Notes: generated from the sequence alone by a model not told the origin. Counted from the whole stretch's first letter, positions 12,103-25,348 are shown. The stretch: 62,026 nt of DNA, filler included, from Rhabdomonas costata (GCA_019059605.1; 26 parts of 26 records of this genome joined end to end with filler, not necessarily neighbours in it), one strand, 5' to 3'. Translations and numbers: made by a program.

Positions 12103-13864
12103 CCAGGTCCATCCGGTTAACTCTCCACTGTGCGTGGAATTCCACGTCTCTTCCCGGGCGGCACGTAACACCTGTGAGCACAGAAAAGCGCTGCGCACAA
12201 GGCACTCCAAAGTCCGTTTCGCGAATGCAAAACCCCTCCATGGGCCCTTGAACCTTTCGATCAGATCCCATCGTCCTGTTGTTTGTCCTTTCTGAGCATA
12301 GCAACAACATTTTAAATGCAGCGGCTGTGCTAAATCACCCTTGTTGCAAGTCGCGACACAATGGATTAACCGCAAGGGAGCGGCTTATTCCAGCAGAGAG
12401 CCCCTTGAGGCTGCTCCACACACCACGGCGACCCAGAATAGTGCCAGCGATCATTTTGAATTATTTCCTGCGTTTGGCTGAGACCAATCCTGTGTGCCTG
12501 TATTTCTACTGAGGTTTCTTCCACCTGCTGTCTGGGTTCAGAGGTGCGGCCCATGTGAAACGGAAACGCGCAGCTACACCGCCCGCAGAATTCGAGGAGG
12601 TCCGTGTTTGCCGCATGCAGAATGAGGTAGGGAATGAGGTGGGAATGAGGTAGGTATGAAGTAGGGGCATCGCCATGTTTTATTGGGATCGGAAACCCAG
12701 GGGGGCACGTATATCGGTGATAAGCGGTATTCAGATTGCACATCAATACCGGCTGTAAACGCAAGTGATACCAGATGTCAACATCATGTGTAAAACCTGT
12801 ATGAAATCAAGGATCACTCTATCCTTGAGCATCTGGGATCCAGTGAACTCCGTCACATGCCATGCCGGACAAACCCTATGGGAAATAGCAAACTCTAACC
12901 CCGTAGACCCCTTCTTACCTCCTTAGAACACCAAAACTGTTTGTTGAGTTCACGCCTTCGCCCAAAATATCACAGTATGTTTTACTACCATACTAGGACG
13001 AGGCAAAGTGAGCATAGTATCCCATCGCGATACCTACGTAGGTGGCATTACAGTATACGTATCCCGCAACAGCACCACCCCCAAACTGACGTTGACCGTA
13101 GGACAGACAATGGGAAGAGGCGTCAGTGTTAGGAGCTGGGGTTAGGGGTGGAGGTGACATACGAAGCGAAGCGCGGGGCCAGGCCCAGACTTCCCTTAAG
13201 GTCCAAGTGTAGTGGCTGATGAAGTGTGTTGCGATCATTTCCACCCCAGCCTGCATGCGGGCCCGCACTGCGGGCAGGAAGTCGGGAAGGTACATGTTGT
13301 CTGAGTTTGTGAACAGGAGGTAGTCACAGTGCTGTGAGGAGCGCCGGCTCAGCATAAGCTCCAGCAGCATGTCTGTCAGAATGTACCCTACCGGGAAAAA
13401 ACCGCCGTTGCCGGGAGAAGCACCCGAGGACAGGGCAACTATAGGGATATCCTCTGGAGGCATATGCGACTGCATAACCCTTTATTCACCAACGTAGTCT
13501 TGTGGCCTACGAAGCCTCATGTCCACTCGCCCGCAGCAAACCCTTTTGCACACCAAAGGTGTATTCTGCTTGCCGAAAATGAAGAAGGGTTTAAGCCAGG
13601 AATTTTACAATACTTTTTGCGTTCTTGTCATTTTACCATTTTGTTGGTGTCCCGTGGGCTTCAAGTTAGCTCTTTTTTTCTGAGGCTGCACTCTCTTTGT
13701 TTGCTTTTCCCTTGTACCGTGAAACAGCGCACCACACTGTGGGATCTTTTGATGATTTTCCTCGTTCGAGCACATTAGGCACGCACCGTAGTCGCGCACA
13801 TCTCGGGGGAGCTCTGGGAAGCGCGCAAAGATGGCCTCGCGGCGCAGCGAGGTGATCACCGAAA
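12103..13864 (-). CDS. GT-A-fold glycosyltransferase-like protein fragment; exons ~13864-13787, 13387-13191, ~13085-13034, 12171-12103
   Basis: Splices to ...RDVRDYG|YILTDMLLELML...CDYLLFTNSDNMYLPDFL...MIATHFISHY...YVG|VTCRPGRDVEFHAQWRVNRMDLG. It has a DxD-like NSDN motif after a hydrophobic strand and a DLG motif, and the junctions are in phase. Confidence 0.6.
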
Positions 13865-14638
13865 CTACCAACCCATGCCTCCGCCGAGGCCGCCTCCTCT
13901 GCCACCAGTACCGCCCAAGCACAGCCAGTGATTGGGACGGGGAACAGAGTTGTGAAATAGCAGAAAGCAGGAGGGATGCTATATAGCGTCCCTCATGTTT
14001 AGCTTACAGAACATCAACCCAAGAGCCAGAAAGGTCAATAAGTCTAGTCTAGGTCTATAATAAATTGCGTAAAACAGTAGACTCTACCAAAGATCTGTTT
14101 AAACTGAACATACTTGAGACCTATCCAGCTTTGCATTTCTATTAACTGCAAATTCGTCAAGTTTTTCATCATGAAAGCGTCTTCAGTACCCGGGATTTTT
14201 CGCCAACGTAAAACCTAAGCAATTCACAAAAACANNNNNNNNNNNNNNNNNNNNNNNNNNNNNNNNNNNNNNNNNNNNTTAATTAATTAANNNNNNNNNN
14301 NNNNNNNNNNNNNNNNNNNNNNNNNNNNNNNNNNCTACTGGGAGTGTCTTCTTTGCGTTGAACCTGTAACATACTGATTTCCGGATGTGGTTTCTGAAAG
14401 CAGGCATAGCGTTTAGCGTTGATTTTTGGTTTTCAAATATCAGATTTTTCATCGGGATTGGTTAACATCGCGAAGCTGTCATTGGCTTCCTAGGCTGCTT
14501 TCTTTGCTTTGTTTGTGTGCCTTTTTTTTCGGAAGGGTCACGTGGGCATGTGCCTGGGCTCGTCGGTAAGCCGAAGGTGCGAGCCTTGTCGCCCCCGGTT
14601 GCCCTTCCAGGGGCTTGTCCACCACTAGAAGCGGGCAA

Positions 14639-16413
14639 ATGGGAGGCGTGTGCTGCTCTGAGAGCAGCCAAGACCCGCCTGAGGAGGAGGAAGCACCTCA
14701 CCTGTGGAATCCCGATATTCCTCTGGGAAGCGCAGCGGCGCCTGCGCTTGGGAACTGGTCCTGGCTCCAGACTCCGCGGCCGCAGCCCACGGCAGGGGGC
14801 GATTCGGGGAAGCCCCCGAACTGGCTGCTGGTGCGGGTAATGAAGGCCCTGCGCTTGCCCGCGCTGAGCGCCGTGGGCGTCATTGACGCCTACGTGAAGG
14901 TGCTGGTCAATGGAGTGGAAATGGAGCGCACGGCATTCATCAGGAACAATGACTGCCCTGTCTGGAACTGCGTCATCGAGCTCGCCCCTGTGGATCTCAA
15001 GGATAACATCTCGTTTGTTGTGATGGCTTTCAACTCGCAGGGCAGGGATGGGCTTGTTGGTCTGGCCTCGATGCGAGTCTCGGACTTCATCCGCAGACCT
15101 TCCCATGTGCTGCCCCTCTTTCTGCTCGACTCCAGCCCAGTGATTCAGCAGTCTAGTGCCCTGCCCTCGGAGCTGGAGGTGGCGATCCTGACCGACCCCT
15201 ACCCCGCGGGATGGCCGCTGCCCCAGCCCTCGCCGTACTCCAACAGCAGCGCCAATGCCTCGATGTACCCGAAGCACGTGATGGTTCTGACGCGGGGCAC
15301 GCGGGGGGACGTGCAGCCCTTTGTGGCGCTGGCGCGAGGGCTGGCGGAGGGCTGTGGGTACATGGTGACGATCTGCACGGAGCTTGCGTTCCGGGATTTT
15401 GTGATGCAAAACTCGCAGGTTTGGGGCGGCTTTTGGTTGTGCGGTACTTTTGTTATGGTTTTCCGTGTGTCATCCACACTCTTTTACCCGGTTGTGGTTG
15501 GGAAGAGATGATGGAAGTGTCATTGCCCGGTTCATATTCCCCAGCATTGCCCAACTTTTTTGTTTTCAGGTCTCCCGAGGGTGCATCCGTTTCCGCCCCA
15601 CTGGTGGCGACACCCTCTCTCGCATCGACAAGCCAGTGGCTCGGTGGGCACTGAACAACTCTTCCGAACTGTTGCAGGTGACTTTTTGCAAAGGAAAGGG
15701 CCACTTGCGTAGTGGAGGATAGGTGTACTTCGTTTCAGTGCAGATAGCGTGGCTTGCTCAGTGATTGCTCTGGTTCCCCAGGTCATTATTATGTCCCGCT
15801 GCGAGGTGGAGTTCTTTGAGTCGGAGCCACTGATCTTCCACTACGCTCAGGTTTGCTCGCTGGCTGTCTCTGTCTTCCTCTTCTTGAAATCATTGGGGGG
15901 TCGGCGCTTCTGTCTTGTTTTCGCGCCTTCTATTTTGTAGCTTCTTCTTTCTTCTTTTATAAACGGTAAGGCGGAGCTGGGCCGAAGGAACACCTGTTCT
16001 AATAAGTTGCGATGTCGTGCATTGGATGGAATGGAAGGGGGGGATTAACGGCTTAACCGTTTAAGGCCTCTCAAAAAATGCATCGGACCCATATATTGCG
16101 TCGATGGGTACTAACGCTGATGAGTACTGATGAGCGTTTTGGGCTTTTTTGTTGACCTTTCCTCTTGCAGAACCTGAAGCCTGACCTTCTTATCTATGGC
16201 ATCACAATGCTCAACATTTCGATGATTGTCAGCGAGGTGCTGCAGATTCCGATGATCGGTTTCGTGCTACAACCGGCTTGCATTCCCTCGTCGGATTACC
16301 CTGCGATTGTCCCCATGCCCTCGGGCTTCATCCCGTTGTTCGACAAACTCGAGGAGAAGGTCACCTCCCATGGGGTGCAGAAGTTCTTGAGGAAGATGAT
16401 GGAAGACAACCCG
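14639..16413 (+). CDS. Sterol 3-beta-glucosyltransferase-like protein (Glyco_transf_28 N-domain, UGT51/UGT80 family) with N-terminal acylation motif and C2 domain; exons 14639-15418, 15570-15677, 15782-15850, 16171-16413 (3' partial)
   Basis: MGGVCCS N-terminus, C2 domain (LLVRVMKALRLP...IDAYVKVLV...RTAFIRNNDCPVWN...GRDGLVG), then HVMVLTRGTRGDVQPFVALARGL...VTICT, RFRPTGGD, KPDLLIYG and VSEVLQIP. Three phase-0 GT-AG introns. Confidence 0.9.
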
Positions 16414-18410
16414 GTAGCAGTGTTCTTTTTGCACGTCCTTTTATCCTGACATAATTCTGCTCTCGCGTCATATCCAAGGCCATAACCTCCACCCAGAGTT
16501 GTGATTGAAACGCTTTCTTTAGCCCAGTTTTTTATGCGCACCTTTTCTGTGTTTTGCGGGAGCAAAGCTGGATCCATACTTTTCGGAAGCGGGGTTCTCC
16601 TTCCCCGCAACCTCCCCCCAACANNNNNNNNNNNNNNNNNNNNNNNNNNNNNNNNNNNNNNNNNNNNTTAATTAATTAANNNNNNNNNNNNNNNNNNNNN
16701 NNNNNNNNNNNNNNNNNNNNNNNTTTCACGAGAGTGCAGATTTTTAGAATATGACCTTCAGGCATCGTTCGGACCCTCGGGCTTAGCGGCTAGCGGCTAG
16801 CACTCCACTATCCCTTTGGTGGTAACAGTTCAAGACCGACGGAAGTACAGTACAAAAAAACCGAAACACCTTTATCGGTTAGTTTTCGATTTTAGTTGGA
16901 CACACAGATATGGATCCCGCGTCTGCATGGTTGGGGTCGTCATGGCATCCTGGGAGTCCTCGGGAAGGGGGAGTGTACCCCGCCCATCTTCGGGTTAGGG
17001 TACAGGTACAGAGAGACCCATTCCACAGAGAGTCAATCCCAGGGGGCTGACACACCAAAGGCCCACCTATGATCGAGGAATATCGATGTTCTGAAAAGCA
17101 TCAAGCCCAAAGAGGACCAGAGTTGCCAACATACTTCATATCGGGAAGAATGCAACGAGTAGTGACGGGTCCCGCCGCGTACACCGAAGCTGGATGCACC
17201 TGACAGAATAATTCCAGCAGACACTCTCATTTGGGCCCAGCCAGATCACATTTGAATGGCCTCACCGCGCATTTAAGGGTGGTGACACCTAAAGGGCAGT
17301 TTCCATTTACGTCTAATATCATCCCCACTCCCCGCTCCCACCACCGACACCCTCCGCAACACATGACCCATATGCCCCTCCTGAATTCCGCCCCCATCGA
17401 ATTAGAGCTGTTACCCAGCAACAAGTTCCCTAACGGGTATTGGGGCCGATCTCTAAGAAAAAAGAACTTGAAGAAAAAACCATCCTCTACAGCAAACCTA
17501 GCTCAGGTAAGGTCCCAGTCAAAAAACCCGGTAACGCTTCGGTAACACCTCAAAGCGTTAACGTAAATTGTGACGTCACAAGGGGCCCTGGGCTAGCGTT
17601 CACGGCCATCAGCAGCAGACTATGAGTGAAGGATGCCTGCAGCACGGTTTAACATCCTGTGTGGGCCTAAGACGTGGTCAGCTCAACTCGCTGCTGTAGA
17701 AGGCAATGCAAAGGAACAAGTGGCATATGGCGAAGGGTAAATTTAGCGACAAGACTCCAAAGGCCGCATCATATACCAAGCGTCGTGCACACCACGTTTT
17801 GAGCACAACTAGTAAAAACATACAAAAACATGCAAGGGCACCTTCAGACCCTTGCCAAAGCTCCCCAACGAGAACATGATGCCTCGCCACCATCGCCGTA
17901 GAGCTTCGGGAAACGCCTGTGCAAAGAAAATTGTTTGAAACCAGCATAACACGGCGCTTCATGGTGACTCCGAAGGATGGGGAGTGCAGATGGGAGGGAC
18001 AGGTAGTCTATCAGTCGTACATTATTGGCTTTTGCGGACTAATGAACTGAAGTTACTGGGGTTTGGTGGACGATTGAAATAAGTTAAGTTCAGTGGGTTG
18101 GGACGTATCATGGGACGGGCGAAGCCCGCTTTGAGCTTGTGCTAAATCGGTCCCTTTTTTGTGATGTTATCTTCACGGCACAAGAGGGAGGTTTACGTAC
18201 ACTCTCTCTGAATTCGTTAGATTAGCAAGATGGGGTGACGTATTTTGTTTATCCGGCCCTAGACGGATGCAACATTTTAGTGCTGCAAAACGATTAACGC
18301 ACTCCCCCCTCCCGCAGATCCAAAGACCGAAAACTATGCATGCGTCCCCTAGTACACCAAGCGACGATCTGCACCAACCACATCTTTCCTCAACGCATCT
18401 CTCTCCAGAC

Positions 18411-18671
18411 CTCCTGGAAGCCCTGCTGGGTCGAGTCGAAGTCAAGGAACCAGCACGCGGTTGGGTTCAGGGACACCACCGCTCGGCTCTTCAGCTGGTG
18501 TAGCTGCATTCCCAGCCGGAAAAGCCGCAGGTTGCCGAAGGTAACCTCATGGAGCGCTGTCGGAGCCAGAGTGCACGCCTTCGCCTGGGATCCGGAGAGG
18601 GCTTCGAGTTGAAGGCACCGGTGCTCAAACTGTTCCGCAAGGTCGGCCAGGATCTCTTCCACGGACTCGCC
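18411..18671 (-). CDS. Internal exon of a hypothetical protein (GESVEEILADLAEQFEHRCLQLE...FDSTQQGFQE)
   Basis: tttttcacag acceptor, GAG|gtctgg donor, 261 nt open, GC3-rich. Confidence 0.55.
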
Positions 18672-19344
18672 CTGTGAAAAAGGGCATAGCTTCAAAGGGT
18701 TAGCACCACCAGCCAATGCGGAACCACTAAAAAAACGCCAGGACTTAGTCCCATCTGGAAACCTTGCGTCAAGCTGCCTCTTGTCTGGTTTTGTTTGCCA
18801 TTCACTCAAGGGTAAAAGAACCATTCACCTGAACACTTTTCACCCACTCTGGAAGATTAATGTGACATGACATATTCTCTGCTGGATGGGAGAGCCAACT
18901 CGCGGCGCAGGAGAGCTACTACTACTACCCAATCAAGGCCGGCCAATCTCCCAACACCCGACCTGAGGAACATTTAGCTAGTTACAATGGCGAAATACCC
19001 GCCCAACAACANNNNNNNNNNNNNNNNNNNNNNNNNNNNNNNNNNNNNNNNNNNNTTAATTAATTAANNNNNNNNNNNNNNNNNNNNNNNNNNNNNNNNN
19101 NNNNNNNNNNNTGTGGTGGGTAGCACAACAGGATCACTGCAATCGTTCTTGCCATTGTTGTCGAGAAAGACTCCATCCACCGAATATGACGTGATGTTGA
19201 TCTCAAAAGTTCTGAAGGGAAGTTGGCACCTGATACACGTGACCAACGCCCTTCCACGTTTTCCACAGAGTGCGCAGGTGAGAGTATAAATCAGCGTAGG
19301 CTCCTTGCGCATAATCGACCACCCACTCCGCAGCACACAGAAAC

Positions 19345-20790
19345 CTGGCGAATGATTTCGTGGATGCACACCGAATAAAGCCTTTGACAGTTCTTGATGT
19401 ATTCTGCAAAAAGAAAACAGAACGCGTGCAACCCCATGATGCGCTCAGGTGTGCAAGGGTTCCCATCAGAGGACATTTTCTGCAACTCTTCCAGAGTAGC
19501 GAGAAAAAATGGCACAACTTCGGTGCGTGAGCCCACCACCACCACAACGGTATTTGCATGTCCCCTCGGTATCCGATGGAAGGCTTCACAGTGGGTTAGA
19601 GGGCGCCGTAGCTATGCCATAAAAATGCTGCACACACAATATTCTCGATCACCAATCAGCAAGGTTCTTCTCATTTGTAAGCACGCCTCAAAAAATCCCG
19701 TGCTGCTTACCGCATCGTTTCCACAAGTGCGGTGGCATTCGTCACCACACACACCCGGAATGACCATACTCCTATGGAGGGCAGCAAGCGTAGGTGCATA
19801 CCCAGCTTGTCCTCCGAATCGGGCTCTGTTGGGGAACCCTCGCGAGAGTCCTGGCTCTGCTTGAAGTCCTTGCGAAGGCGGTCGATCATTCCGGTCAGCC
19901 ACTGCGCAACCGCAGCCACCCCCCCCCCCGCCTTCCTCTCGATTCTTCATCACCTTTATGAGCACTGTATTTGGGCCCCACACACGAGTCCTTATCGTTG
20001 ACTGAAGCACCCCTTCTTCTGTGGCCCAACCCACCATCTCATCACATCTAACAAACCTCCGATGCTTTCTCATCCCGCTCTTTCGAACTGCCACTACGTT
20101 TGATCTTAAACAACGAATCATTATTATGGTCCTGTGGTCATGATTGGGGGAGTGTTTATTTCATCTTCTTCAGCGTGTTTTCTTCAGGGTCCGGGTCGCG
20201 TGAAATGGGCGAACCTGGTCCAGGGAAATCGCATCCATGCGCCCCGCAGGGAGGGACTTGGGGAACACCGAGTTGAACCACTTCGTTGACACATCTGAGA
20301 GAGACGAGGAACAAAACCGCAAAGACACGACACCGGAATTCGACTGAGTTTGAGGTGAATGAAGTGTGTGAAAAGTGAGTGAAAAGCTCTGCCATCGGCA
20401 CAAGAGCCAAGTGAACAAGGGAGGGAAGGAAGGGCTCTGTAATTCCACAGAGTAAAACCACTTGAAAAAGCGTTTGAAGCAGAAGGTCCTTCAGGTCTTG
20501 TGCGCAATTTATCAGAGGCTCACAATTGCTGCACGACAAATTCTCGAAGAGGGGATGACCCAGTCAAATTTGTCTCGTGCGCGAGTGGGAGAGAGGGGAA
20601 CACCGGTGTCGTCAATGCCAGCCCCTGCCCAACCCCCCATGGGAGCTGCAGAGCCGTCGGGGTTCTTCTGAAACGCCGGGATCAGGGACTGCGGTAGGAA
20701 GACATCCAGAGCGCCCTCCTCGGGGTCGTCCACCCGGACACCGCCCAGGGATCGGCCGTGGCCGATGTCATCAGTCAGGTACGACACATC
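19345..20790 (-). CDS. Axonemal dynein light chain (p28/DNALI1-type) domain protein, AXDND1-like fragment; exons 20790-20604, 20294-20215, 19901-19802, 19403-19345
   Basis: Four in-phase exons give VFPKSLPAGRMDAISLDQ|WLTGMIDRLRK...KL|EYIKNCQRLYSVCIHEIIRQ, matching the Ax_dynein_light motifs PA.R.DV..L..WL..M and Y..C..ELIRQV. Confidence 0.75.
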
Positions 20791-21348
20791 CTATAGGGCA
20801 TACGGGACAGAAAGAAGCCAGAGGTGACTAGTAACAACACCTACATACGTGAAGATCCGGTCCGCAACACCGCAATCCACAACAGTTTAACAGACGACGA
20901 TCAAAACGGGAGCAAATTCATCGACAACCAAACTGATAATGCAGCACTCCCACACGTCAGGCACAGGTCACAAGTGTGCATGTGTGCATGCGTGCTGTCC
21001 TGATTCAAAGGTGATTCAAAGGTGCGAGGTGGGTGTAATTAGTTAGCAGGTGACGTTCACCCGACTTATCAGCGTCTTTGAGTGATTTGAAGGTCCCTCA
21101 TTCACTTGCACACGGCGGTGACTTCTTACTCTCAATTTCCAGAATCTGACAAGCACTGCTGCATCCATCCCATAGGTAGACCAACACACACATATACACA
21201 CACCCTTCGTTGGCGCAATTGACAAGGGTGAATGTTTTCTAGTCGAGATTCATACGCCCGGACATGGGCCCTCACCACAGATTGGTTCACTTGATTTATG
21301 CTGCCGAGGCTCGCCTATCACACCCATTCACGCACACCGTGTTGGTCC

Positions 21349-21396
21349 TGGACATCTCGTAGCTCCTGAGGGGCTGCAGGAGCTACGAGATGTCCA
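21349..21396. repeat. Perfect hairpin (20-bp stem, 8-nt loop) at contig end
   Basis: TGGACATCTCGTAGCTCCTG-aggggctg-CAGGAGCTACGAGATGTCCA. Confidence 0.9.
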
Positions 21397-21505
21397 ACCN
21401 NNNNNNNNNNNNNNNNNNNNNNNNNNNNNNNNNNNNNNNNNNNTTAATTAATTAANNNNNNNNNNNNNNNNNNNNNNNNNNNNNNNNNNNNNNNNNNNNT
21501 TAGTG

Positions 21506-21708
21506 TGTAAATTATGGTAAGTCCGCACACACACTCAAACTTTTCGACATCGATTGACCCCCTCCCTCCTACATACAATAACTGTCCAGTTCGATCTCCA
21601 GAAAACGCTTAGAACAACACATAACCAATCATTCAACCGAAGCAAGATGAAAAGTGCCTATCGATGTCGAAAAGTTTGAGTGTGTGTGCGGACTTACCAT
21701 AATTTACA
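21506..21708. mobile_element. Intronic foldback/MITE-like element with 49-bp perfect inverted arms
   Basis: 21506-21554 is the exact reverse complement of 21660-21708, separated by 105 bp. It lies after the donor at 21821 of the strictosidine-synthase-like gene. Confidence 0.65.
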
Positions 21709-21821
21709 TACCAACCCACGGGCACAGCGGTGCAGGAACTCAAGACCAGAATAAAGGCGAGGAAGAGAGAAAGAAGCTGCAACAGAAAAAAGGGAACGAG
21801 GGCAAGGCAACGGCAGCGGAC

Positions 21822-23441
21822 CTTCCTCGCTAAGCTCCAGTACAAAGCTGTGCTTCGGGACCAGAGCGACGATCAGGGAGTAGGGTACGAGCTTCCCCAG
21901 CAGGACCTTGGCCCAGGGGTGAGGGGCAAGGAAGTGGGGCAAGCTGAAGGGCTTCGCCCGGCGGGTGCCCAGCCCCACCAGAAAGGTCTTGCGGGCCTTG
22001 TCAGGGTGTGGGGTGATGTTGTCTGGGATGCCAGGGAGGTTGGAGGCCAGCGTGGAGAGCTTCCCGGAGCGCAGGTCGTACTGCAGCACCTTAGGTAGGG
22101 GACGACAATCGGTGTCAAGGGGACCGGATAGGGATTTATACCGCTGTACCAGCAACAGTGGCACGAAAGCACAAGGGCACAGAAGCATCGGGAAAAATAA
22201 GAGGAGGAGGGGATGAAGTGCATGGGGCTCCCCTTTGCTCTCTTGTTTTCGCTTGCACGCGCGCGTTTGAGCAAAACCCCCTTGAAAAGAGATGAGGCAC
22301 AAGGTGGGTGAGGGTGGTTGGCTGGTTGGAGAGACGTCAGGGAACGGGGGCGCGTGGCCGATCCTTGCACTCCCGGGCTGATGCCGCCCGTGCCCCTTGG
22401 CTTTCCTTAATTGCCAAGTTACACATCTGCACTCATAATTATTTAGAACCTTGCATAATCTAGCACCTGCCGGATAAAACCAATGAAATCAAAGCCAAAG
22501 GAGGAAACGTGGCGGGGCGAATGGGATACCTCCGCTGAAGTGGTGGAGACAATCAGCAACTTCTGGGCGTCGCGGGACAGGGCGAGGCCATTAGGGAAGA
22601 ACATGTTCCGGGCCAAAACCTGTGCCCAGAATACAATACCTGCTCACACGATCAGAACATGTCAGCAGCAGAGCACGTGGCATTAACAATTTCCTTACAG
22701 GTGTGCATTGGATGTCCTTTCGGAGGCATTCGAGGTACGCCACGTGACAAACAACAAGGAAATTGAAACCACTTCAAGGGACGTAGCTGGTTCTGGAGTC
22801 TGAATTAAAATTGCTCGTGGGGGCGAATGATTTTGCTGAACTTAGGAGGTAAAACAGTTTCGTGGCCGGAGCGGGCGGCTGAATCTAAAGCAATCGCGGA
22901 AATCACTGGGTTCAGAAGTCTCTTGCTTTGACGAGAAGCTTCCAAAAAACACAACGGGCGAACAGATATAAAGGTGTATTGTGAAACGGTAAGGAAACCC
23001 GACGCAGCACTCTCCAAAAGTTCCACCTTGACTTCCCGGGTGTGGGGGTTGTAGGACATCAGCCGGCCAGTGGGGCGAGCCTCAAAGCTCTCGTAGAGAA
23101 TCTGGTTGCGGGTCCACCTACAAATCATGCGAAGTGCGTATGCTTCATACCAAGCATTCAATACGAGCCCTTCCAAAAAAACCCCAACATATCTCTGGGG
23201 AGGCGCCGACGAAAGAGACGGGATCTCATGGGTGCTCCCCATAGAGGCGTTTGCAAGTGGAGGTTGGGCGTGAAACCCTTGGCACTGCAACGAGGTTTTG
23301 GGCCCAACCTGCGACTTGTCTCAGTGAAATAGATCGTGCCGTCTGGGGTGATGGCCAACCCGTTCAGCAGCATAAAGGGCTGCTTCTCGGCTTCCACGGC
23401 CAAGGGCTGGATATTCCCTTTCTGGTCAATGGAAAGGAGCC
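21822..23441 (-). CDS. Strictosidine synthase-like / APMAP-family six-bladed beta-propeller protein; exons 23441-23309, 23117-23027, 22619-22530, 22089-21822
   Basis: GLLSIDQKG...PFMLLNGLAITPDGTIYFTETSR|RW...FEARPTGRLMSYNPHTREVK|VLARNMFFPNGLALSRD...|VLQYDL...LASNLPGIPDNI. These are the classic SSL motifs (IYFTDSS, GRLL.Y.P, FPNG.ALS, NLPG.PDNI). Confidence 0.92.
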
Positions 23442-23924
23442 CTGCGACAATGCCGGGCAAGGAAGCGTCTGAGGGGGGGGGGGTACAAAAACAACGCTCC
23501 GACGGACAATCAATGGTAAAACCATATAAAATCAATGGTATAACCATATAATGAAAACCGTTCAAAAAACAGGAGACTTCAATCAACAGACTTAGGCGAC
23601 CGCGGACCTCAAGGACCCCCTACTTGTACCGTGTGAAAGCAACCCACTCCACTCGGACACCCGGACCCCGGACGAGCATACGGAGGGACTGTCAAAGCGA
23701 TAAAGGTCATGGCAGAGTCTCCTGCGCTTCTACATTTGTCCACTTCACTTCAAAACCGAACAGAGAACAGAGAAGCGCCACACCCACNNNNNNNNNNNNN
23801 NNNNNNNNNNNNNNNNNNNNNNNNNNNNNNNTTAATTAATTAANNNNNNNNNNNNNNNNNNNNNNNNNNNNNNNNNNNNNNNNNNNNGGGTTTGTGGTAT
23901 TGCCTTTAATAAAGCTGCTTGCAG

Positions 23925-25348
23925 GCATCTTTTGGGGTTTCTGCCCTTCTCGGACCCCGCTTCCCTTGGGATTCGGGGGTTGTGGAGGAGCATGAACTCC
24001 CTGTACTGCTCGGTGCACACCCACCCCTTTCTGTGCCGGGATCTGTTCCGGCCGCCCACGCCAGGGCCCTGTGAGTACACCCCCAGGCGGGCCAGCAGCG
24101 TGCCTGGGCCCGTGTTTCGGGGCTTTGGGGACCAACAGACCAATGCCCGCAGGAAGGCCCGGGCCACGGCAGCCCGCCGCCCGCCTTCCCCGGGTATGCC
24201 TTTGCGTGCCTATCGATCCGCGAATCCATTGTGCGTGCAATGACAAAGCAAGGATTCGTACCTACAAGCCCGCTCTGGCTGTGCAGCCTGCAAGCCGAAG
24301 CCCCATTCGCTGCAGGCGGCCGTACGTTCCTGTTTGCTTTTCTCTCCGCATGGCTCTCTCTCTCTTTCTCTCTGCTTTACTTTACACAACCTACAACCTG
24401 AAGAACCTGGTTTCACAGTGACAAGGGGAGGGTCTTCTGGAACTCGTAAAGCTGTTTGCCTGTTTCCGGCTGCCTGATGAATTCTGATTCCTGAACTTGA
24501 CGTCCGACTTGTCAGGTCAACGCTGGTGGTGCAGCCCACAACTGCGCGCCATCTTTCCTGGCTCCGGTGCATTAGACCCCATGAGACCCCACCCACTTTT
24601 TCTTTTTGGAATCCCATTGCGATTGAGATTCCAATGCAAGGTTGTTGGAGGGCGATGGCACGCTTCACGTGGAGGTTGTTCAGCCCAGTTAGTCCTCCAC
24701 AACAGTGCTTAGCGATGTCATGTATTTCCGCTAACCCCCTATCGGACGTTGAAGTACACAACAACCCCTTGCATCAGCAAACCCTGCGCGCACTTTTTTG
24801 GGGGGGCTTTAAACTGCTGTTTAACACTGCCACACTGTGCCTCCCCAAAATGAGTCCGATTCGTTCATTCAGCAGGCTTAACGTTTAGCAGCGCTAAACG
24901 GAGCATCCCCCACCTCATAGAACGTCCCAACGGCGGATGGGTTGGGTACACCCGAAATCCTCTTGTCCCATTTGCCTGTCAAAGCCCAGCATCGACAATC
25001 CCCAAATTCTGCAAAAGCAAAAAGATCAGCAGTGCTCAACATTTAACGGCCCCCTCCCCCCAAATTCAGTTGCCCACACGCACGTGCATTTCCTTTCAGG
25101 CCCAGGGTGGTATGTCCCAAAGCCTGAAGTCAGCTCCACGGTATCCCGGCCTCCCTCTGTGCGGATCTCGCTGCCCTCGCCTCGCCGGGCGGCCTCCCCG
25201 CGTCCTCCCCCTTCCCTGCCGTACTCCCGCAAGACCAAGTCGGGGCCCACCATCGCAGTGGAGCCTGGGCCGGGCAGCTACGACCCCGCCCCTGTGATCC
25301 CCAGAGTGGTCGTGCCCCTGTTCGACCGCATCGCCAGCGATCTGAAGG
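23925..25348 (+). CDS. SHIPPO/sperm-tail PG-rich repeat (ODF3/STPG-like) flagellar protein fragment; exons ~23925-24193, 25100-25348
   Basis: Three spaced PGPGxY-type motifs: TPGPCEY, SP|GPGWY (assembled across a phase-1 GT-AG intron) and EPGPGSYDP. Confidence 0.75.

Noticed and set aside
14462..15409. 315-aa antisense ORF and similar overlapping ORFs (7772-8404, 31546-32164, 54320-54766)
   Set aside because: These are shadow ORFs caused by high GC3 in the real exons on the opposite strand.
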